64,000 nucleotides of DNA, taken from contig NC_042997.1 in NCBI RefSeq assembly GCF_006345805.1, positions 181,350,001 through 181,414,000 on the forward strand. The letters are read 5' to 3'. Positions 11,951 through 24,416 of this stretch are shown here, piece by piece. This DNA is from Octopus sinensis. Taxonomy: Eukaryota. Position 1 is the first letter of the stretch, and the number at the start of each line of letters is the position of its first letter. The position numbers and the translations under genes are program-made. The notes below the pieces were generated by a model. It was not told the origin of the DNA and ran no database searches. It saw only the letters and a program-made list of their open reading frames with translations.

Positions 11951-12460
11951 GGTCACAGAAAACGAGAAAGCAACCATACTCTGGGATATGCCAATACACA
12001 CAGATAGAGAAATTAAGGCCAACAGACCAGATATAGTTGTCAGAGATCATGAAGAAAAAAAATGTTTTCTAATTGATGTATCAATACCAGCGGATGACAA
12101 CGTGTCTCTAAAAGAAATGGAGAAACTTTCAAAATACAAAGACCTGGAAATAGAGGTAACCAGAATGTGGAAACTAAAAACAGAAACAATTCCTATCATA
12201 ATAGGTGCATTAGACATGATAAAAAAATATTCAGACAAATACATAACAAAAACACCAGGACTTACAAACACATATAACACACAGAAAATTGCACTACTAG
12301 GCACCTCACACATCCTACGCAGAACACTTTCCATACAATAACCATCAGAGCATCACAACAAATCACAGCACATACCTAAGGCACACAGACCTGCGCTCGG
12401 TAGTGAAGTGAAAGCACGCTATAAAAAATATATTACTGAATAACAATAATAATAATAATC
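11949..12460 (+). mobile_element. R4/Dong-like LINE 3' end, family 1, intact RLE C-terminus
   Basis: ORF 11988-12341 ANRPDIVVRD...LIDVSIP...KLSKYKDL carries the PD..D/ExK-type RLE. Bounded by (TAA)n. Confidence 0.9.
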
Positions 12461-12795
12461 CTTTCTGCTATATGTACAAGGCTTGAAATTTCGGAGCGGA
12501 GTGTCTAATCGATTATATCGACCCCAGTGCTCAACTGGTACTCATTTTATCGATTTCAAAAGGATAATAATAATAATAATACTTCGGGCAAACGACAGCA
12601 GCTCTGAACGGTGGGCTTAGACGATCAGATGGATTCCAGTACATGAATGATATTTATTGAACAATCAGTGAAAATCTACATACTATGCATTCAATTGATT
12701 ACGTAAATGTCAAGTATATGCACAGATATGCAAATTAGACGGGGAAATGAAGTTTGTTTCCTCTATATATAGTTATAAGCTATTACTCTGACTAT

Positions 12796-13915
12796 AAGGC
12801 GACGAGCTGGCAACAACGTTAGCAGGCCGGGCAAAATGCATAGCCGTATTCCGTCTGCCGTTACGTTCAGAGTTCAAATTCCGCCGAGGTTGACTTTGCC
12901 TTTCATCCTTTCGGGGTCGATAAATTGAGTGCCTGTTACGCACTGGGGTCGATGTAATCGACTTGATCCGTTTGTCTGTCCTTGTTTGTCCCCTCTATAT
13001 TTAGCTCCTTGTGGGTAGTAAAGAAACAGGTATTTCGTCTGCCGCTATGTTCTGAGTTCAAATTCCGCTGAGGTTGACTTTGTCTTTCATCCTTTCGCGG
13101 TCGATTAAATAAGTGCCAGCTACGCACTGAAGTCGATGTAATCGACTTAATCCGTTTGTCTGTCCTTGTTTGTCCCTTCTATGTTTAGCCCCTTGTGAGC
13201 AATAAAGAAATAAGAATCGTTAGCACGCCGGGTGAAATGCTTAACAGTATTTCGTCTGCCGCTACGCACTGGGGTCGATATAATCAACTTAATCCGTTTG
13301 TCTGTCCTTGTTTGTCCTCTCTGTGCTTAGCCCCTTGTGGGTAGTAACGAAAAAGGTATTTCGTCTGTCTTTACTCAGAACGTAACGGTAGACGAAATAC
13401 TGCTACGCATTTCACCCAGTGTGCTAACGTTTCTGTTAGCTCGTGGGCGAGAGCGCAAGCTTCGCTCAAGTCCCACTTCAACCCCGCGGTAGCGCGGCGG
13501 AGGCGCGGGCGAAGGCGGGCTAACAGAAACGTTAGCACACTGGGTGAAATGCGTAGCAGTATTTCGTCTACCGTTACGTTCTGAGTTCAAATTCCGCTGT
13601 GGTCGACTTTGCCGTTCATCCTTTTGGGGTCGATAAATTAAGTACCAGATACGCACTGGGGTCGATTTAATCGATTTAATCCCTTTGTCTGTCCTTGTTT
13701 GTCCCCTCTATGTTTAGCCCCTTGTGGACAATAAAGAAATAGGTATTTCGTCTGCTGCTACGTTCTTAGTTCAAATTCTGCCGAGGTCGACTTAGCCAGG
13801 CATTCTTTCGGGGTCTATAAATTAAGCACCAGTTACGCACTGGGTTCGATGCAATCGATTTAATCCCTGTGTTTGTCCCCTCTATGTTTATCCCCTTGTA
13901 GGCAATAAAGAAATA
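12796..13915 (+). mobile_element. Tandem array of SINE family A units with an internal foldback
   Basis: About six head-to-tail units joined mostly at aaagaaa(t/c)aggtatttcgtctg, with a perfect 68-bp inverted repeat at 13373-13440/13519-13586. Confidence 0.92.
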
Positions 13916-14223
13916 ATTACTCTAACTGTGGACAGAACTTGCATAATTCTAGAATTTGCCAGCAGGGTAGAAGCTGATGCTTGTCTTCTCTATGAGGGTT
14001 TCCATGATAACATTGAATAAATTTACAACTTTCCAAGAAGTGAGCATATTTGGAACACATGTTGACTTTCATCATGAATATCTTAAAACTATTTAAAAAA
14101 TCATCTTTCTGTCTCGATTCCCTTCTGGTTGTAAGTGCACGTGCAGAAGTTGCAATTTCAGTATCCGGACAATTAACTAACGAACGTAATTAATCAAATT
14201 ATTTGCAAATTTATACACATGCA

Positions 14224-14279
<56 letters not shown>

Positions 14280-14642
14280 ACACACACACACACTTTCTCT
14301 CTCTCTCTTACTCTCTCTCCCTCTCTCTCATGCGCACGCGCGTACAAATACATAATTAGACATACTCGGTCATACACATAGTATCTTGCCCGGACACATA
14401 ATGGCAGGGTCGAATACCAGCAACCGAGCACTCTGTATTTCTCTAATGGCTAAATCATACACAGATGATAGATTCTGGGGTCCGGACAAAAACCCACTCT
14501 TTGGACTATGTGAATGAGAGGAAGATCATGGCGGGATTTCTGAATGGTTCAAGGTGCAACATCATATCGTAGTAAATTAAACTTCAAATGATCCTCAACA
14601 ATGAGGATTTCACTATTGTGTTTGATTTAATTTTTCAAAGAT

Positions 14643-14814
14643 AGGCGCAGGAGTGGCTGTGTGGTAAGTAGCTTGCTAACCAACTACATGGTTCCGGGTT
14701 CAGTCCCACTGCGTGGCATCTTGAGCAAGTGTCTTCTGCTATAGCCCCGGGCCGACCAATGCCTTGTGAGTGGATTTGGTAGACGGAAACTGAAAGAAGA
14801 CTGTCGTATATATG

Positions 14815-14867
<53 letters not shown>

Positions 14868-15078
14868 TTGCGTGTCTGTGTTTGTCCCCCTAGCATTGCT
14901 TGACAACCGATGCTGGTGTGTTTACGTCCCCGTCACTTAGCGGTTCGGCAAAAGAGACCGATAGAATAAGTACTGGGCTTACAAAGAATAAGTCCCGGGG
15001 TCGATTTGCTCGACTAAAGGCGGTGCTCCAGCATGGCCGCAGTCAAATGACTGAAACAAGTAAAAGAGTAAAAGAGTA
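14643..15078 (+). mobile_element. SINE family B (CORE-like), full length with internal (TA)n(TG)n
   Basis: tRNA-like head ggcgcaggagtggctgtgtggtaag...gggttcagtccc, core ggcatcttgagcaagtgtc, and tail ending (aaaagagt)2. Confidence 0.92.
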
Positions 15079-15710
15079 TGATGTTCTCTTTATTATACTC
15101 ATTTTGGGGATTGGGGGTTATCATGTAATTAATGTAATATTTTATATCTGAGAGAAGTGTTCAAAGACTACGAAAATAATAAGAATAAAAATTGCTTGTT
15201 GTTTGTTTTTTTTTACCTAGGGGAGTTTCGTCTCAGGAAGGTTTTCTCTTTCGGTTTTTTTTTTTTTTTCTAGAGTGTTTTGCCCCTTGAGGTTTGTCCT
15301 ACACTCATAGATCCTATGTTCTTAACAAAAGAAGGACACATTAGACAAGGTAGACGTTGATATAAAAAAAATAATAGGCAGGATTTTCACGGTTAGAACA
15401 CTTACCATCAAAAGCCGACTTACTTGATAATGGCTAACCTTCAGCTAAGCAACAAAATCGAGAAAGGCAATTACATTACATGGTATGTATCTTAAAATTT
15501 GTTTTCCAAATCTACTGAATATCTATTAACACATACACATACATAAAGTATATGCCTGTGTGTGTGTATGTGTGTGTATGTGTGTGTATGTGTGTGTATG
15601 TGTGTGCGCTATACGTATTCATAAATATACACACATTTACACACATGTGTGTATGTATATATGTAAGTTTATATATGTATATATATGTATATATATATAC
15701 TTATATCTAC

Positions 15711-15741
<31 letters not shown>

Positions 15742-15781
15742 AGTAATATATATATATATATGTACATATATGTATGTATGC

Positions 15782-15820
<39 letters not shown>

Positions 15821-16095
15821 ATATATACTATTAATAGTATATGTGGATATATAAATTCTAGTCCTAAAAGTAATTTCCTGTTTATTTTTATTAAGATATA
15901 AAAGAATACAGAGTATTTTATCATGAAAAATAATAGACGAGCCTTTTGCTAAATAGATCTTTAGAAATCGTTTCTGGACTTATAATAATACAACCATGTT
16001 ATTGATGGTTGCCCAAGACATAATGTGAAGGACCTTGTTGAAAGAATAAACACTAGGGAAACTATTTCAATAGGTCAATATGATATGCATATTAT

Positions 16096-16595
16096 AAGGC
16101 GGCGAGCTGGCAGAGTCGTTAGCATGCCGGGTAAAAAGCTTTGCAGCATTTCGTCTGTTCAAAATTCAACTTTGCCTTTCATCCATTCGGGGGTCGGTAA
16201 AATGAGTAAGAGTTGAATACTAGAAACGATGCAGTCGACGTATCCCTTCCACAAAAATTTCTGGGCTTATGCAAAAATTTGAAATCAATCACGCACATAT
16301 ATATATAATATATATGTATGTATGTATGTATATATATATATATTATATATATATATATATATATAATATGTGTATATATATATATAGCCCCTTTTGTCCC
16401 CTCTGTGTTAGCCCCTTGTGGATAATAAAGAAATAGGTATTTCGTCTGCCACTGCGTTCTGAGTTCAAATTCCGCCGAGGTCAACATTGCCTTTCATCCT
16501 TTCGGGGTCGGTAAAATAAGTAACAATTGAGTCAATATAATCAACTGAACCCCATCCACGAACTTGCTGGTCTTGTGCCAAAATTTGAATTCAAT
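16096..16595 (+). mobile_element. Two SINE family A pieces with alternative tail, one circularly permuted
   Basis: 16096-16290 is head, core and a tail ending aaaatttgaaatcaat. 16388-16595 starts with tail 1, re-enters the core at aaataggtatttcgtctg, and ends in the alternative tail. Confidence 0.75.
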
Positions 16596-16671
16596 ATATA
16601 TGAAACCTCGATATGGATATGAAGGCCTCTTGTATGCAAGAAAAAGAAAATCGGTCTGAAGTATATCAGTG

Positions 16672-16862
16672 CAGTGGTTCCCAAACTTTTTAGAGTCGCG
16701 ACCCACTATTTATCACACCAGTCTATGACGACCCACTTAACTCTACTGAGGTTAGACAGCTGTTAATCAAAGCTAATGCGTAATTTTATAACTTTTTGCG
16801 GCCCACTAAGATTCCGTTTGCGACCCATCTGTGGGTCGCGACTCATAGTTTGGGAACCTCTG
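16672..16862. mobile_element. hAT (Charlie-like) MITE
   Basis: TIRs cagtggttcccaaact / agtttgggaacctctg with a perfect 8-bp TSD tatcagtg (16664-16671, 16863-16870). Confidence 0.93.
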
Positions 16863-16939
16863 TATCAGTGTATATTTATGGTGCTTCATCATAGGTTAAG
16901 CCACGATTGTATTTCCTTGGTCAGAAAAACGAGTAACCG

Positions 16940-17050
16940 ACCTCTGATGAGGCAGTAAAAACACACTAAAACTAGTTAAAATAAATTCTATTTTCCTGAT
17001 GAAAGAGATGTATTTTAACCCATACATCTACTTATAACAAAGAGACTAAA
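16940..17050 (+). ncRNA. Two degenerate hammerhead-like motifs in tandem
   Basis: CTGATGA at 16944 and 16996. The first is followed by aaaaCTAGT (palindromic ACUAGU); the second by an 8+3-bp hairpin and then ataac where GAAAC is expected. Confidence 0.3.
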
Positions 17051-18503
17051 AATATAACACAGAGATTAAAGCTTAGCTTACATCTATATTTATCCAAAAT
17101 TCAGTGAAGCGTTTTGTATTAAGATACGTGTGTATGTGTATGTAAGTACGTATATATATATACACACACGTACATTCACATGCATACATATACATATATT
17201 GTGCCTGTGCGTGCGTGTACAGAGATAGGGAGGGAAAGTAAGCAAGCTAACAAGTCAAATCTATTAAACAGTTGCAATAATAAATGTTTCTCCGTGATAT
17301 CTGGTGCAGCGCATGTTTTAGGGTGTCAGTATTTATAGATTGATAAACTAGATAGGAATTTATTTCCCCAAGGATACAACACATTTCATTCTCGCTCTAC
17401 AACTTAACATTTAAGCGAAGTAGACTGATGGATTTTGACGATAACGACAATACCAAACCGATCTAAGCTTCATACGCCACACTTCAAAGTCCAGTGGAAT
17501 GAATATCCGATATTTATCTCTCTTCGTCTATATATATATATATATATACATACATGAGTGTGTGTAGTTTTTATTATTGCTCTTTAGCCTCCGCTCAGCT
17601 CTCACAGAACCGATCAACGATCAAAGAGTTTTCAGTTATAATAATGGAATTTTTGTATTGCTTATTTTTATGTTTTACCATTTTTATTTTGTTTAGTTAT
17701 TCCATTTTTTTAACATCCTGTCGCATGGTTACTTATAACCAAATGATGTTCCAGTTCTTACTCTCAAATTCCTTTTTTTAGATTACATTATTCAGTATTT
17801 CCTTCGTGTACTTTTTAGTACTTTTTCCTTAAAACGATAAGGCCTAGACTGGGAGAAATACGTGTTCTATTTCAATCGATGTAGACTACTATAACAATCT
17901 TTGTTTATTCAAACTGTAGTTATTACGTATAAGTAAAATTAACTATATCCTTTCTCCGTTTCAAACAGTATTCAAGGGAGACAAAGGATATCAATAGATA
18001 TAGTACAGAATAAATAAATAGATAAAGTACAGAATCCAAAGATTCTGAGTGGTCTTCGTCGGCAAAAAAGTTATGCGTATATTGATTTAAAAGTAAAATT
18101 ACTGAAGTTGGTATACCGTTGTGAAAACGTTTTGGACACATGTCCTTTGTCGGAAAGAGAGAAAAGGTTAGTTTTTAGTGGGGGGGGGGTCAGAATAGAG
18201 AAGATAGGTCGGAATGTTTCATTCATAACGGCATGCCAACTTACTTTTACTTTTATACGAATAAATAAAATTAATGTTTCTATTAATTAAGTTGGTACTG
18301 CTGTTTATTCATGTAATATGGACTTGAACTAAAAATACATTACGTAATCTAACGTCTTGTTTGTTAATTCTAATTTCTATTACAAGTTAGGTAATTAACT
18401 TAACACCTATTTTTGATATTTTTGACTAACAAACTGACGTTTCTACAAATTGACTATCTTTCACATAGTGGAATTACCTCTGGTTACTCAACCTGCTAGA
18501 AAC

Positions 18504-18727
18504 AAGGCGGCGAGCTGGCAGAAGGGTTAGCACGCCGGGCGAAATGCTTACTGGTATTTCGTCTGCCGCTACGTTCTGAGTTCAAATTCTCCCGAGGTCG
18601 ACTTTGCCTTTCATCCTTTCGATGGCGACTAAATAAGTACCAGTTACGCACTGGGGTCGACATAATCGATTCAATCTGTTTGCCCCCTCTGTGTATAGCC
18701 CCTTGTGGGCAGTAAAGAAATAAGAAA
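18504..18727 (+). mobile_element. SINE family A, full length
   Basis: Consensus match; agaaaca is repeated at both flanks. Confidence 0.92.
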
Positions 18728-18742
18728 CAGCAGGCAAACCTG

Positions 18743-18996
18743 TATATATGCATGCATCTGTATATATATGCTTATATGTACAATTACAGACCCACACATG
18801 TACACACATACACATACATACACACACATATAGCATATAGATGATGCTATACAGCTAGAGATGTATAGCATCATCTATATGCTATATGTGTGTGTATGTA
18901 TGTATGTATGTGTATGTGTGTACATGCGTGGGTCTGTGTGCGAGTACGCATGTAATTGTACATATAAGCATATATATACAGATGCATGCATATATA
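18743..18996. repeat. About 110-bp foldback (inverted duplication) with 8-nt loop
   Basis: Arms 18743-18853 and 18862-18996 are complementary except for one substitution, extra TATG units and a 15-16-bp insertion. Confidence 0.92.
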
Positions 18997-19021
18997 TACA
19001 CACATATTCATGTGTGTCTGT

Positions 19022-19051
<30 letters not shown>

Positions 19052-19054
<3 letters not shown>

Positions 19055-19442
19055 GAGGTGCAATGGCTCAATGGTTAGTGCAGCGGACTCGTGGTCGTAG
19101 GATCGCGGTTTCGATTCCCAGACCGGGCGTTGTTAATGTTTATTGAGCGAAAACCCCTAAAGCTCCACACGAGGCTGCGGCAGGGGGGGGGTGACGGAGA
19201 ACCCTGCTGTACTCTTTCACCACAACTTTCTCTCACACATTCTTCCTGTTTCTGTTGTACCTGTATTTCAAAGAGCCAGCCTTGTCACACTCACGTATCA
19301 CGCTGAATCTCCTCGAGAACTACGTTAAGGGAGTACACATATTTGTTGAGTGCTCAGCAACTTGCACGTTAATTTCACGAGCAGGCTGTTCCGTTGATCG
19401 GATCAACTGGAAGCCTCATCGTCGTAACCGACGGAGTGCCAC
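19052..19442 (+). mobile_element. SINE family C, tail type 1
   Basis: tRNA head tggctcaatggttag...ggtttcgattccc, shared core to ctttctctcac, then a unique tail ending gacggagtgccac. Confidence 0.88.
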
Positions 19443-19443
19443 G

Positions 19444-19728
<285 letters not shown>

Positions 19729-19790
19729 GTGTTACCGCTACTGTTTATAACTCGCTCTGAGATTTATCATTATATATATATAGTTATATA

Positions 19791-19823
<33 letters not shown>

Positions 19824-20905
19824 TATATATATTATATATATATATATATATGCACACACACATACATATTGAAGCCACAATTAAGAACTAAGCTTCTCTC
19901 TCTATGCTTAAATTCGTATCCCTAAAATAAATAAAAATGAAAGATCTGAGCAAAACTGGAAAACTGGAACATTAGTCACGTTTTTAATCAACAATGTCTG
20001 GAAAACATAAAAAGCAAAAGAAAGAAAATAGTCGGATAGAGTAAATATTTTTAATGATGCGAATAGAGCAGATTATTTTCTATTTTTCCTTCTGTCTGTT
20101 TGCTAGAGCAATTACACAAGGTTACTGTAAGTGTAAGTAACGTGAGAGGAAAGAGTACAGAGTAAGAGAAATTGAAAGCGAGGAATCTGATAAATATCAT
20201 TTAGTTTATGATAACAAACATTAAATTACATCTTATTAAATAGGACTAGAATCATTGACGGTTTATCCCACCACCACCACCACCACCACTACTCCCGCCG
20301 CTACCACTACCACCACCCTTTGTGTGAGATCGGAGTCTGTCTGCCTCTGTGTATGGGTGCGTATTTGTACAATGCTTAGCCATTTGTATGGGTTTCTTTG
20401 ATAGATTTCAGCTGACCGGTCCAATGAAATTAAATTGAAAAGTTTCCACAAAATGCTTTTCTTGGTTTTCACCTGATCTGGAAGCTTATACAGCAATGCA
20501 ACAAAAACAAGGAATACTGTTTTCCTAATTAAGCAAATGTTTGCAGAGCTTTGATATGGGTGATTGAATAGACGCCAGTATGTTCCTTATATATACATTT
20601 TGACCTCTCAGGATGAGGAAAGGTTAAAGTCGAATCCTGCAGGATTTTAACTCAAATTTTGTACAGAGGTAATTATTTCGAGATTCCAAACCCACAAAGC
20701 CGATATGCTCTAAGGTCATTTCTAATGTCTGCTTGTTAATGCCTGTGTGGAAACCGTTCCTGTAGGACTGGACTACGTTTCTAGGGAAAATGTTTGATAA
20801 AAGTAGTTAGCGTGGATTGGGGTTTGTAAGACAAAACAGAAATGAGAAGAGGAAGAAAGATAGTGACAGACAACTTAAAAGTTGAGTTAACTAGAAGTTG
20901 TTATA

Positions 20906-21215
20906 AAAACGTCAGCCTTTTCAAGCCTAACAAGGCTCATGGGCCCGGTTTCCTGGTTTCTGTGGCGTATGTGTTCCCCCCAGCTGGACGGGACGCCAGT
21001 CCATCGCAGCGTTACTCAAGAAACAGGAAGATAGAGTAAGAGAAAGTTGTGGCGAAAGAGTTCACCAGGGGTCGCCACCACCCCCTGCCGGAGCCTCGTG
21101 GAGCTTTTAGGTGTTTTCGCTCAATAAACACACACCACCCCCGGTCTGGGAATCGAAACCGCGATCCTCCAACCGCGAGTCCGCTGCCCTAACCACTTGG
21201 CCATTGCGCTTCCAC
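20906..21215 (-). mobile_element. SINE family C, tail type 2
   Basis: Same head and core as 19052; 13-bp TSD agaagttgttata (20893-20905, 21216-21228). Confidence 0.92.
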
Positions 21216-21555
21216 AGAAGTTGTTATAGTAACAATGAAAAATACAAATGAAGGATTATAGTTTGTTGGTTTGAACTAATGATTGTAATTAGTAATGGTT
21301 GTTGTGTTGGCAAATGAAGGTTTACCAAAGAGTCCGTTGATTATTTTGAATGCGGTCTACGATATTAGCGTGCATAGAAACAGCATCGTTCCATTATCTA
21401 AGAATTGTTTTAACATTGGGTTCATTGGAGTCATGTTTAGGATCAGCGAATATTTAGAGAAGTGGTTTCTAATCCTGCAGAAAAGACATAGGCTTGAGAT
21501 GCAGATTTCACTAAGTCGTAGATATGAGGTGGCTATGAAACTAAATATCCATATA

Positions 21556-22067
21556 CCGTAAATCCTCGAGTATAGTCCGCCCTTGAGTATAATACGCAGG
21601 GGATTTTTAAGGGGCTGTATTTCTGAAAAACCTAAACCTTGTGTATAATACGCACTCCTTCTCTAACTTGAGTCAAGGAGGTCTATATAACGTCCTTGGT
21701 TTGTAAAAATGTATACGGTAACGTCCTTTATTATTATTGTATATATAGCATAATGCAAACGTGTAGCTTTTTTGTGCATTTTGTTTGCACAAAATAAAGA
21801 AATAACAGTAATAACGTTTAATAAATGTTGCTTACTGCAAGTTATGGATGATTCTTTTATGACTTCATTGCTTTCAGGCTTAGCTTAAGGTATTTTCGTG
21901 CCCGACATCACAAAATGTGTCTGAATAAACATTGCCAGACAGCAAATAGAGACTCGGACATTGCTTAGAAAATAATTTTCATTTTTAACTTCGTGTATAA
22001 TACGCACTAGGGATTTTGACCTTTAAATTTTGGGGTAAAAATGCGGATTATACTCGAGGATTTACGG
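21556..22067. mobile_element. pogo/Tigger-type MITE
   Basis: TIRs ccgtaaatcctcgagtata(g/a)tccgc, TA flanks, and subterminal gtataatacgca repeats. Confidence 0.92.
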
Positions 22068-23289
22068 TACACCAAAGTTTTATTTGGCCAATTTACCTCT
22101 CTCCCTATTTGATAAAATACATATCGATATATTTCAAAGCCCATGTAGATAACCGAGACAGTCAAAAGTTAAACTAAAATGCATTATAGTGTTTGCTCTT
22201 TATTACTCGAGATCTATGCTCCTTTTCTTTTTTTAAAGAAATTCTTGGTGAGCACAGCTTGATAGTACTTTAGAGATATCCTTTGAATATTTACTGTGCT
22301 CCTTCTTAACCTGTGTCTTTGTATCAAATGCCCTCTTTTAGCTAAGTGTTGCTCAAAGCACTTCGTAGACACTTAGTATGTTGAGGTCGATGTTTCTCAA
22401 TTTGAAAGCGAACTGGAATCTGTTTTGTCTATTGAATTTTGTACACCATTTCACTTTTATTCCAATATTGATCAACTGCTTAACCCTGGAAAATCAATGT
22501 CTCCCCTTGGTTCTATTTTTCTTCCTCTTCTACTCTGTCGAATTGTAACTGTCTCTCTTTTGCTTTCTTTCTTCTTGAACTTGTGGAAATAAATATATTA
22601 GTCTGTCTTTCTCTCCCTCTTAAACATCCATGCATTTACGTTACACTCTCTCGCTCTCTACTGCTGTCTTTCTCCTCTCTCTCTCTCTCTCTCTCTCTCT
22701 GTCTGTCTCTCTCTCTCTCTTTCTCTCTATCTCTCTCTCTTCACTCTTATTCGTTTCCTTGTCTTTTGTCCTTTTCCTCTTGGTTCGATATTCGTTGTGA
22801 TATATACACTTAAGTTCGCCGACGTTGACTTCAATCAATTTTATATTTATATGCAAGAATACTCTTATATATTTTTCCCCTCAGCCTTCTTCTGTGTGTG
22901 TGTGTGTTTATGTGTGCTTCCGCTATTAAACCATTTTTTTTTTCAAGTCAGGGAACGTTTTACAGCAACGCTATGCTGTTTAATGTTATGCCTTATTCAC
23001 TCTTTCTGCTTCTTTTCGCCATACTGTCCCTCATCTGCCACTAACTTCCTTCCTTATTTTCTTTTTTCTTTCTTCGCATTATCTGTCTCTATCTTTACTT
23101 TCCTCTTCTGGTGTCTCTTGTATTTTTCTCCTTTTTGTTTCTCAGTTTTCTCATTCCATTACATTTATTTGTTTTTATCCTTATAACTTTTTCAATCAGG
23201 ACTTATGTATTTTTAAATGTTAAATCTTGCATTATAAGCATTTAAATAAGAACATCTCGGTACTTACAAGCACCGTCTTCATCAAAGCG

Positions 23290-23470
23290 TGTCTGTGGTT
23301 GTGTCGGTGACAAGCTTACTTCCAAACCATGTGGTCTTCGGTTCAACTCCACTGCGCAGCACTTTGAGCAAGTGACTTCTACTATAGCCCTGGGTTTACC
23401 AAAACCTTGTGAGTGGATTTGGCGGGTGGGAGCTGAAACAAACCCGGCATGTGTGTGTGGTGTGTGTGTG
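23290..23470 (+). mobile_element. SINE family B 5' half
   Basis: Head and core similar to 14643, ending in (TG)n. Confidence 0.75.
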
Positions 23471-23785
23471 TGTGTGTGTGTACATGCGTGTGCGCCTTGG
23501 TATTTAACTGGAGATCAGATATATCATCTAGTTGGCGTTATTGGAGTGAATCCCTTCAGGATGGTTTCCATACACCCGAAAATCCACAGTCTACCGATTT
23601 AATAAGCTTTCAGGAGTAACTGTTCGTTGATGACCACAACTTAGGACAGCATTTGGATTTCTTCTCGGCGACCATCTGATTCGCCTTCGTGGAGTACTCA
23701 ACACTTCCCCATTCACCAAATTTTGCTTGAACGAGTATGTATACGATTATATATATGGGTAGAAATAGACGTGAGTTAATTATTG

Positions 23786-23989
23786 ACTCTTTTACTTGTT
23801 TCAGTCATTTGACTGAGGCCATGTTGGAGTACCGCCTTTAGTCGAGCAAATCGACTCCAGGACTTATTCTTTGTAAGCCCAGTACTTATTCTATCGGTCT
23901 CTTTTGCCGAACCGCTAAGTAACGGACATAAACACACCAGCATCGGTTGTCAAGCAATGCTAGGGAGACAAACACAGACACACAAACAT

Positions 23990-24071
<82 letters not shown>

Positions 24072-24237
24072 ACATATAACGACGGGCTTCTTTTCAGTTT
24101 CTGCCTACCAAATCCACTCACAAGGCTTTGGTCGGCCCGAGGCTACAGTAGAAGACACTTTCCCAAGGTGCCACGCAGTGGGAATGAACCCGGAACCATG
24201 TGTTAGTAAGCAAACTACTTATCACACAGCCACTCCT
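23786..24237 (-). mobile_element. SINE family B, full length with internal (TA)n
   Basis: Reverse complement of the 14643-15078 structure. Confidence 0.92.
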
Positions 24238-24312
24238 ATATATATATATATATATTTATATATATTTATATATATATACATATGTATAAATATATATATG
24301 TGTGTGTGTGTG

Positions 24313-24351
<39 letters not shown>

Positions 24352-24372
24352 GTATGTATGAATGTATGTATG

Positions 24373-24416
<44 letters not shown>

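Noticed and set aside
19052-19125. tRNA-like sequences at SINE heads (many copies)
   Set aside because: A and B boxes are present, but there is no complete cloverleaf and they continue into SINE bodies.
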